Notes under the pieces: model-generated | What the model was told of the DNA's origin: nothing | The model's database searches: none | Seen by the model: the letters and a program-made list of their open reading frames with translations, nothing else | Program-made: the position numbers and the translations under genes | In this document: positions 9,539-16,668 of the stretch, piece after piece | Layout: every line of letters begins with the position of its first letter | Numbering within the stretch: position 1 is the stretch's first letter | Assembly (NCBI RefSeq): GCF_004339545.1 | Contig: NZ_SMGD01000006.1 | Coordinates: 16,293-56,292 of the forward strand | Source: Celerinatantimonas diazotrophica | GTDB lineage: Bacteria > Pseudomonadota > Gammaproteobacteria > Enterobacterales > Celerinatantimonadaceae | Reading direction: 5' to 3' | DNA: 40,000 bases

Positions 9539-10087
9539 ATGTTAACCCCCTCTATCACGCGCTATGGCGTGAGTTTAAAACCAGTTTCGCCTGCTGACTT
9601 ACCTGCTTTGCGGCGCTGGCGTAACAGTGACGAAGTGCGTTTGAATATGCTCAGCCAGACGCTCATATCACCTTCCCAGCAACGTCAATGGTATGAGCGA
9701 ATTAGCAATGATGAATCGCAATGTCACTGGTGTGCCTATGTCAACAATGTCCGCACCGGCTATGCTAATTTAAAAGGGTTTGCGCAGGCTCCTCTGAGTG
9801 CTCAGCACACCGCTGACAGTGGTTTGTATCTGGGGCAAAGCTCTGTTCGTCATGGTTTGTTGGCCGCAGCCGTGGCGCTATGTCAGTTGGATGTAGCATT
9901 TGAACAATTTAAGATAGGTCAGATACAGACCCAAGTGAAAAGAGATAATAATAGTGCGATAAAACTAAACCAGATGTTAGGCTATCAACCCCAAACCAAT
10001 GAAAATTATTGGGTTACCTTAACCTTAACCGCGCCATCTTATATCCGCGCGCGGCAGAATTTAATGAGATTTTTTCGTCATGTCTGA
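9539..10087 (+). CDS. GNAT N-acyltransferase, PseH-like
   Basis: 182 aa. L.PV...DLPALRRWRNSDEVRLNM.....ISPSQQRQWYERI plus the C-terminal N..AIKLNQMLGYQ resemble the PseH family (WRN...vr..m motif). It is first in the plus-strand operon, and its stop overlaps the ACP start by 8 nt. Confidence 0.65.
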   Translation: MLTPSITRYGVSLKPVSPADLPALRRWRNSDEVRLNMLSQTLISPSQQRQWYERISNDESQCHWCAYVNNVRTGYANLKGFAQAPLSAQHTADSGLYLGQSSVRHGLLAAAVALCQLDVAFEQFKIGQIQTQVKRDNNSAIKLNQMLGYQPQTNENYWVTLTLTAPSYIRARQNLMRFFRHV

Positions 10088-10319
10088 ATTAATACCTTTA
10101 AATGAAGTTTTTGCGAAAGCTTTGGCTGTCGATGTCAGCCTGATTCATGATTCACTGCAATATCAGTCGATTGTGCAGTGGGATTCTGTGGCGCATATGC
10201 AACTAATTGCGGCCATTGAAGACAGTTACGATGTGATGCTCGATACCGATGACATTATCGAAATGAGCTCGGTTGCTAAAGCTCGGGAAATTCTTGCGAA
10301 CTATGGAGTAACGGTGTAA
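10080..10319 (+). CDS. stand-alone acyl carrier protein
   Basis: 79 aa, acidic. The phosphopantetheine-site context QWDSVAHMQLIAAIE puts the likely attachment Ser at residue 36 (codon 10185-10187). The size and helix pattern are typical of PP-binding carriers found in glycan gene clusters. Confidence 0.8.
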   Translation: MSELIPLNEVFAKALAVDVSLIHDSLQYQSIVQWDSVAHMQLIAAIEDSYDVMLDTDDIIEMSSVAKAREILANYGVTV

Positions 10320-11068
10320 TGAATGCGCTTTTGCAGGGTAAACAGGCGTTTATCACCGGTGCTAGTAGTGGTATTGGCCGGGCGATAGCGGAGTTGTTTG
10401 CTGAGCATCAAGCCACATTATATCTTAATGGCCGAAATCGTGAAGTGCTGGACTCTTTGGCTGAGAAATTGCGCCAGCGTTATGGCGTGTCTGTATTTGT
10501 GCATGCCTTTGATGTAGGGGATGCTCAGGCTGTAAAAGAAGGGTTTCGCAATGTATTTGCTCAGACTAAATCGCTTGATATATTAATTAATAATGCGGGT
10601 GTGCGCATTGATTCGCTGTTGGCGATGGCGTCTAAAAATGCTCTTTCAGAGAGTTTTGCCACAAATAGTTTTGGGCCTTTTTATTGTTGCCAGTATGCAG
10701 CCCGAATGATGCGTCGAGCTGGTGGTGGCAGTATCGTCAATATGTCTTCGGGGATGGCGCTCAACGGCTACGCCGGACAAAGCGTGTATGCTGCGAGCAA
10801 GGCAGCATTAATTGGGATGAGTCGATCATTGGCTAAAGAGTTAGCGGGTGATCAGATTCGCGTGAATGCCATTGCGCCGGGTTTTATTGAGACACCGTTA
10901 GTCGCTGATTTGACTGATTCGCAACGCCTTGAACATATTCAGCAAATTTCTCTTAAACGAGCAGGAAGTGCACAGGAAGTCGCGCAGTGTGCACTATTTT
11001 TAGCCAGTGCCATGGCCAGTTATATTACCGGAGAAGTCATAAAAGTTGATGGAGGAACGCAACTTTGA
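10319..11068 (+). CDS. short-chain dehydrogenase/reductase, FabG-like (3-oxoacyl-ACP reductase type)
   Basis: 249 aa. It has TGASSGIGRAIA (cofactor site), NNAG, and the catalytic S...YAASK. The start overlaps the ACP stop (TAATG). Confidence 0.88.
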   Translation: MNALLQGKQAFITGASSGIGRAIAELFAEHQATLYLNGRNREVLDSLAEKLRQRYGVSVFVHAFDVGDAQAVKEGFRNVFAQTKSLDILINNAGVRIDSLLAMASKNALSESFATNSFGPFYCCQYAARMMRRAGGGSIVNMSSGMALNGYAGQSVYAASKAALIGMSRSLAKELAGDQIRVNAIAPGFIETPLVADLTDSQRLEHIQQISLKRAGSAQEVAQCALFLASAMASYITGEVIKVDGGTQL

Positions 11069-12426
11069 ACTTAGTGGAAAAGATAACGTGTCACCAAGGT
11101 GAAGCCCTTTGGCACGATGGAACATCCTTAAGTTATAAGCAGTTACTCAAACAGGCACAGTTATTGGTTCGCCAATGGGGAAAAGAACGTCAGCTTATTG
11201 TCTTGCGGGCTTACCATCGTCCGGAAACGGTTATTGTTTATCTGGCTGCATTATTGGGTCAACATCCAGTCATTCTTTTTAATCCAAAATTAAATCGCCG
11301 TACTGAACAGGCCATTTTAAAGCTCTATCAACCTAATTGGTGTTATCTGAATGGGCGTTTGCAGGGACAAAAGTTGTCTCAACAATGTCACCAATTTGAT
11401 GATGATTTAGCGGTGATGCTGACAACCTCCGGTTCCACGGGAGGCGCAAAATTGGTGCAGCTCAGCCTTGAAAATATCTCCTCAAATGCAGCTTCTATTG
11501 CACAATATTTGCAAATGACACCTTCGTCTCGAGTTTTAACGGTTCTGCCACTCGCCTATTCATACGGTTTATCGTTATTAAATAGCCATTTGTGGGTGGG
11601 AGGGGCGACAGTCTTAACCGATCCAGATCCTTTAAGAACAGATTTCTGGCAACTGATGCGTGAGCAGCATATTACTCAGCTTGCCGGTGTGCCTTATAGT
11701 TACCAAATTTATGAACAGCTCCGTATCCGTCGCAGTGAGTGGCCAGCCTTAGAAGTACTGACACAGGCTGGCGGTCATATGGATAGTAACCTCGCAGAGC
11801 GCTTTGCTAACTGGGCGAGTTTGCAGGGCAAAGAATTTTTTATCATGTATGGGCAGACAGAGGCGACAGCTAGGATCGCTTATTTGCCAGCGACTCAAGT
11901 ATTGGCGCGTTCGGAGAGCATCGGTGTTGCGATCCCTGGTGGAACGCTCGAGATTCATGATCAACAGAGCCGACCTCTGGGCGATAATAAAGTGGGCGAG
12001 CTCATCTATCGTGGGCCGAATGTCATGCTCGGCTACGCCGAAGAGCTTCGCGATTTGGCGCATCCGGAGCGCCCCGAGTTTCTCAAAACGGGCGATTTGG
12101 GGTATCGTGATTCGCAAGGCTTTTATTATGTCACTGGGCGGCTTAAACGGATTGTGAAGCTGGCTGGTGTGCGTACCGCGCTTGATTCGTTAGAGAGTGC
12201 TTTGGCAGCACAAGGGATCCCTGCAACCTGTTGCGGGGGGGATAATGCACTTCGTATCTCAGTGTTAATTCCAGCGCAAAAGATCAAAGTTGAATCGTAT
12301 CTTCGTGAAGAGCTGCAACTGCATCCATCGTTATTTAAAGTCGCGGTGATTGCTGATTTACCTCACAACATTAACGGGAAACTAGACTATATCGGACTGG
12401 TTTCAATGATTGAAAAGGCCACATAA
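11065..12426 (+). CDS. adenylate-forming (AMP-dependent) ligase, short stand-alone A-domain type
   Basis: 453 aa. Core motifs are TTSGSTGGAKLV, YGQTEAT, GELIYRGPNVMLGY, TGDLGYRDSQGFYYVTGRLKRIVKLAGVR and NGKLDY. The TTG start at 11065 overlaps the SDR stop; GTG at 11074 is an alternative. Confidence 0.85.
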   Translation: MNLVEKITCHQGEALWHDGTSLSYKQLLKQAQLLVRQWGKERQLIVLRAYHRPETVIVYLAALLGQHPVILFNPKLNRRTEQAILKLYQPNWCYLNGRLQGQKLSQQCHQFDDDLAVMLTTSGSTGGAKLVQLSLENISSNAASIAQYLQMTPSSRVLTVLPLAYSYGLSLLNSHLWVGGATVLTDPDPLRTDFWQLMREQHITQLAGVPYSYQIYEQLRIRRSEWPALEVLTQAGGHMDSNLAERFANWASLQGKEFFIMYGQTEATARIAYLPATQVLARSESIGVAIPGGTLEIHDQQSRPLGDNKVGELIYRGPNVMLGYAEELRDLAHPERPEFLKTGDLGYRDSQGFYYVTGRLKRIVKLAGVRTALDSLESALAAQGIPATCCGGDNALRISVLIPAQKIKVESYLREELQLHPSLFKVAVIADLPHNINGKLDYIGLVSMIEKAT

Positions 12427-12436
12427 GAGCATCGAT

Positions 12437-13504
12437 ATGAGTCAGATGGAGAGTTTGTGGGATGCGCCAATTTATGGACTGAACCAATCTGATAAAGCTG
12501 AGCTTCTGCTCTCACGCTTAAATGGATTAAGTCAGTGGCATCGCGAGCATTGCCAAAGTTATGCCACGCTGTTGGAAAGCGCTCATGCTAGCGTGGCTGC
12601 CAATGATTATAGCGAAATTTTGCCACTTGCCGTTCAACTATTCAAACAAGTGCGGTTGTCGAGTATCACCGATGATGAAGTGTTTAAAACGATTACTTCA
12701 TCAGGAACCAGCGGTTCTAAGTCACAGATTATCCTCGATAGAACAACGGCTGCACTGCAGAGCAAGGCGCTGGTGAAAATCATGCAAAGCTGGGTTGGTC
12801 GGGATCGGTTACCCATGCTGTTGATTGAGCAGAGTAATCTGATTGCTCAGCGTAGCGGCTTCTCTGCGCGGGGGGCGGGTGCATTAGGGTTGTCCTTTAT
12901 GGGACGTGAACATTGCTATGCGTTAGATGAACAGATGCAACCCAATTGGCCCGTGATCAAGGCATTCGTTGCCGCGCATCAGAATCAACCGGTACTGATT
13001 TTTGGTTTTACCTTCATGCTCTGGGAATATCTGCTTAAACCGTTGATGCAGCAAGGAGTGTGTTTGGGGCTGGAACAGGCCATTATTTTTCACAGTGGGG
13101 GCTGGAAAAAACTCGAACATCTTTCGGTCAGTTCTGAGCAATTTAACCGTCACTGTGAAGCTTCCATTGGCTCCTCGTGTGTGCATAACTTTTATGGGAT
13201 GGCAGAACAAACCGGGAGCATCTTTGTCAGTTGCGAGCAAGGGCATCTGCATTGCCCTATTTTTTCAGACATTCTCATTCGTGACCCGATGAACTTAGCG
13301 CCCTGTCCAATCGGTAAGCCTGGATTAATTCAGGTCTTCTCTGCTTTGGCTCAAAGCTATCCAGGGCACAGTATTTTGACCGAAGATATGGGACTTTGGT
13401 TAGGCGATGATGATTGCCCATGCGGTCGCAAAGGGCGCTATTTTAAAGTGTTAGGGCGGGAGCCAAAAGCAGAGGTGAGAGGATGCAGCGATACCTTCAG
13501 TTAA
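12437..13504 (+). CDS. LuxE-family acyl-protein synthetase
   Basis: The ORF-track start (12410, TTG) overlaps the ligase. The ATG at 12437 (MSQMESLWDAPIYGL) has AAGAG 7 nt upstream. It shows the LuxE-like pattern (L..L..WHREHCQSYATLL, TSSGTSGSKSQI) and a Cys near the C-terminus (EVRGCSDTFS*). Confidence 0.78.
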   Translation: MSQMESLWDAPIYGLNQSDKAELLLSRLNGLSQWHREHCQSYATLLESAHASVAANDYSEILPLAVQLFKQVRLSSITDDEVFKTITSSGTSGSKSQIILDRTTAALQSKALVKIMQSWVGRDRLPMLLIEQSNLIAQRSGFSARGAGALGLSFMGREHCYALDEQMQPNWPVIKAFVAAHQNQPVLIFGFTFMLWEYLLKPLMQQGVCLGLEQAIIFHSGGWKKLEHLSVSSEQFNRHCEASIGSSCVHNFYGMAEQTGSIFVSCEQGHLHCPIFSDILIRDPMNLAPCPIGKPGLIQVFSALAQSYPGHSILTEDMGLWLGDDDCPCGRKGRYFKVLGREPKAEVRGCSDTFS

Positions 13505-14661
13505 CGGATGATGAGTCTGAACTCATCCAGGTTGAAGTGCCCCAAAAAGCTCAAGTGCAAACGTTAAATCTTGAGCCATTACCCTGTTATGCCCCTGTCC
13601 TGATGGAGTTCTTTACTGCGCTTAGCGATGCTTTAGGTCATTTAAGCGACGCGCCGAATGCCCGGGCGCTAGGTTTTTTTTTGCGAGCCAGAGCGCTAGA
13701 ACAGGCGGTGGCTATTCGCCAACGAGAGTATTTGCGTGCTCCGCGCGGGTTGAGTTTCCATCTGGTGCCTGCGAATGTACCGATGGTGGCATTTCATTCG
13801 GCTTTTGCTTCGTTATTACAGGGTAATCCAACTATTGTGCGTTTATCTTCCCGACAATTACCCGAGCAGCAACAAGTTCTTGAAACGCTCAATCGACTAT
13901 TGAGCCAAGCTCGTTGGCACTGTATTGCGCAACGGATCCGATTTGTTCGCTACCCGCACAGTGATGCATTAACCGCCGCTTTGAGCCGGCAATGCCGGAG
14001 CCGAGTGATCTGGGGAGGCGATGCAACCATTCAGCAGGTCCGAAATTATCCTATAAGCGCTGGTGCGCTGGAAGTCACATTTGCTGATCGCCAGTCATTA
14101 GCTGTCTTTGATGAGCAGAGTCTGCGTCAGATGCCTGGGCATTCTGTGCAGCTGCAATTGCAACAGCTCGCTCAAGACATTAGTCAATTTGCGCAACAAT
14201 CTTGTTCATCACCCGGGGCACTGGTTTGGATTGGTACTGATAGCATATTGCGTCAGAAAACATTTGCCCAACTCTCTGGGTATATAGAGTCATCCATTTG
14301 CCGAGGAAGCACGCAGCTTGCATTGCTCCAAAAAGCTTGTTTAGAGAGGCGAATCAAAGATTATGACTATTTCGGGAACCTTGGCTGGGGACAGCTGAAT
14401 AGCCTTGAACAACTGCCCCCTCGACAAGGTGGTACCGTTTATTGGCAGCAATTTGAGAGTATGGATGCATTTTTTAAGCAATCCATTAATTATCAAACCT
14501 GTGTCATTGTTGGCGGCTCTCGAGAATCCATGAAAGAGCAGTTGGTGAACGCCCCCCAAGTGATGATCGATAGGATCGTTGCCCCAGGTCAAGCGCTTGC
14601 ATTTGATTGGTTATGGGACGGAGTGGATTTGCTCAGTGTGCTCTCCCGAATGATAGTTTAG
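13483..14661 (+). CDS. LuxC-family acyl-CoA/acyl-protein reductase (aldehyde-forming)
   Basis: 392 aa. HLVPANVPMVAFHSAFASLLQGNPTIVRLSS and the catalytic-Cys context QQSCSSPGALVWIG (Cys241) match the LuxC/ALDH-like family pattern. A strong RBS (GAGGTGAGAGG) precedes the ATG, and the gene overlaps the LuxE-like gene by 22 nt. Confidence 0.75.
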   Translation: MQRYLQLTDDESELIQVEVPQKAQVQTLNLEPLPCYAPVLMEFFTALSDALGHLSDAPNARALGFFLRARALEQAVAIRQREYLRAPRGLSFHLVPANVPMVAFHSAFASLLQGNPTIVRLSSRQLPEQQQVLETLNRLLSQARWHCIAQRIRFVRYPHSDALTAALSRQCRSRVIWGGDATIQQVRNYPISAGALEVTFADRQSLAVFDEQSLRQMPGHSVQLQLQQLAQDISQFAQQSCSSPGALVWIGTDSILRQKTFAQLSGYIESSICRGSTQLALLQKACLERRIKDYDYFGNLGWGQLNSLEQLPPRQGGTVYWQQFESMDAFFKQSINYQTCVIVGGSRESMKEQLVNAPQVMIDRIVAPGQALAFDWLWDGVDLLSVLSRMIV

Positions 14662-14700
14662 TCGGGGAGTGGTTTGTTGTAATTATTTTATGAGAACAGT

Positions 14701-14745
14701 AGAGATAAGATTAATAAGTAAGTATTAATCTTATCTCTTTTATTA
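14701..14745 (+). terminator. rho-independent terminator of the GNAT-to-LuxC operon
   Basis: Perfect 16-bp stem AGAGATAAGATTAATA / TATTAATCTTATCTCT with a 6-nt loop (agtaag), followed by TTTATT. It lies 40 nt after the luxC-like stop. The stem is AT-rich. Confidence 0.7.
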
Positions 14746-14807
14746 AATGTTGCAGGAGCAGATAGAGAATTAGCTAATGATTTCGAGTATCAGATGATGG
14801 AGAAAGT

Positions 14808-15422
14808 ATGAATACTGTATTAATGGGTCAAACTCGTGTGACTCCGGGTAAAATCGTCTGTATTGGGCGTAACTATGCTGAACATATCGCTGAACTTAAC
14901 AACGAAGTTCCCGATCAAATGGTTATTTTTAATAAACCAAATTCAGCGATTTCTGAACAACTGCAGAGCTTTCATCAGGAACCACTGCATTATGAATCCG
15001 AGTTAAGTTTTTTGATTCGCGACGGTCAATTCGCTGCGGTTGCCTTTGGCCTCGATCTAACTAAGCGTGGTTTGCAAAATCGTTTAAAAAGTAAGTCGCT
15101 TCCGTGGGAACGGGCAAAAGCTTTTGATGGGGCCGCTGTTTTCAGTCATTTTGTGGCGCTGGATGGCGTTGATATTAATGAGTTAAGTCTCGAGCTTGAG
15201 ATTAACGGGACGCTAGTTCAGCAGGGCCATTGTCGTCAGATGATCCACTTGCCACAGGCGATGCTAGCCGAGATTAGCAGTTACACCACGCTGGATGACA
15301 ACGATATTTTAATGACGGGGACGCCCAAAGGGGTAGGACCAGTCATGAAAGGGGATCGTTTTAAGGGTAAGGTCAAATGCCAAGAGAAAACATTACTGGA
15401 GGCATCTTGGCAGGCTAAATGA
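14808..15422 (+). CDS. fumarylacetoacetate hydrolase (FAH) family protein, YcgM-like
   Basis: 204 aa. GKIVCIGRNYAEHIAE, HYESELSFLI, and DILMTGTPKGVGPV are FAH-fold signatures. A GGAGAAAG RBS is present. Confidence 0.85.
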   Translation: MNTVLMGQTRVTPGKIVCIGRNYAEHIAELNNEVPDQMVIFNKPNSAISEQLQSFHQEPLHYESELSFLIRDGQFAAVAFGLDLTKRGLQNRLKSKSLPWERAKAFDGAAVFSHFVALDGVDINELSLELEINGTLVQQGHCRQMIHLPQAMLAEISSYTTLDDNDILMTGTPKGVGPVMKGDRFKGKVKCQEKTLLEASWQAK

Positions 15423-15550
15423 GTTTGAAGAACTTGCGATTGGACAGGCATTATTTCCGATATCCACTGGGCGACAATGGTTCGAGCAAAGGCAAGATCC
15501 AATTTGCCAATGGAGCTATCGTCAACACTGGCAAATACAGGAACTACACG

Positions 15551-16543
15551 TTAGCGATTTAGGCTTTGCGATATTTGCCAGCTAGTACTTCCTATGTGGT
15601 TAGAGCGTTTGAGTGCCAGTAAGCGTAGTAGTGGTTTAGCATGTTCTTCAAGATTGACGACTTGTTCAGGGAGTAGTTTGTTCATCAATGCCGCACGGTA
15701 TGCCACAACCATGTCGTTGCGTTCAGATTCAACCATCGTAATATAAGCCCAGTAATAAGCATTTTCTAACTGATTTGGATCTTGCTGTTGTATTAATGAA
15801 AGTCGCATCGCTGCAGCAACTTGCCCATTTTGTTCGGCAACCTGTTGGTAGAATTGTTGAGCTTTTTGACTATCTTCTTTGATGCCAATCCCATGTTCAT
15901 AGCAATACGCCAGATTGAGCCGTGAAAACCAGTCTTGGTTGTTCGCTCCGTGAATAAAATAACGAATGGCGGTTTCACAGTCATAGCATGGGCTGTCAGG
16001 GCAGCTATAAATAAAGCCTAGCAAACCATAAGCCGCTGGATCTTCGCGTGTTACCGATAGACTTAATTGTTCGAGAGCTTTGGCAAAATTAGGTTCACTT
16101 TTTTGAGTAAGCCAACAGCGAGCTGCCCAGCAAGCATAAGGGGATGGGATGCTCCGGGCTTTTTTTTCTAGCCAGCGCCTAGTTCGCCATTTGCGCCCTA
16201 AGACCGTAAAGCCAATATCAAAGCTCAATAACCCAAGCAGATATTGACGCCATATCCCTTGCTGATGGTAATGGCTATCAGTTGCTGGCTGGTTGCTCCA
16301 AGCGGCCAGCAGATGATCTTCGTTATGTCTGGCATGCGGATTATCTACCAAATTAGGTCCTTTACTGATTTGTACAAAATCGTGGATCACATAAATAATC
16401 ACTACAAAACATACCAGTGGTACAAACAGTAGGTTGCTGCCAAGAGAGTGCAGTTCACGGATATAATAAAGCTGATACGTCTGCGTAGACGCAATTACAA
16501 TGGCCGAAGCTAGCAGCAAAATGCCGACAATAATGAGTTTCAT
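15551..16543 (-). CDS. membrane-anchored Sel1/TPR-like repeat protein, function unknown
   Basis: 330 aa. Two N-terminal TM helices, then Sel1-like repeats (A.YGLLGFIY..., LNLAYCYEHGIGIKEDSQKAQQFYQQVAEQ). Confidence 0.55.
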   Translation of the reverse strand: MKLIIVGILLLASAIVIASTQTYQLYYIRELHSLGSNLLFVPLVCFVVIIYVIHDFVQISKGPNLVDNPHARHNEDHLLAAWSNQPATDSHYHQQGIWRQYLLGLLSFDIGFTVLGRKWRTRRWLEKKARSIPSPYACWAARCWLTQKSEPNFAKALEQLSLSVTREDPAAYGLLGFIYSCPDSPCYDCETAIRYFIHGANNQDWFSRLNLAYCYEHGIGIKEDSQKAQQFYQQVAEQNGQVAAAMRLSLIQQQDPNQLENAYYWAYITMVESERNDMVVAYRAALMNKLLPEQVVNLEEHAKPLLRLLALKRSNHIGSTSWQISQSLNR

Positions 16544-16668
16544 AACATGTTTAACTTAATGCAGAGAAAGCGAGACTAGCATTTTTTTTATGTCAGGCCA
16601 CTAATTTTCTCTAATCGCAGTGAATCGACCTTGGCCTGAAATCACCGACAAGCATTTATGTCAGATTA

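Noticed and set aside
12437-14661. Possible bioluminescence (lux) operon, because LuxE- and LuxC-family genes are present
   Set aside because: There is no luxA, luxB, luxD or luxG in the window. The gene order is E then C. The genes are embedded with an ACP, SDR, ligase and PseH-like GNAT next to pseF/pseG.
16593-16639. TCAGGCCA...(31-nt loop)...TGGCCTGA inverted repeat downstream of fhlA, considered as its terminator
   Set aside because: The loop is very large. On the fhlA (minus) strand the hairpin is followed by an A-run rather than a U-run. The T8 run is on the wrong side and strand.
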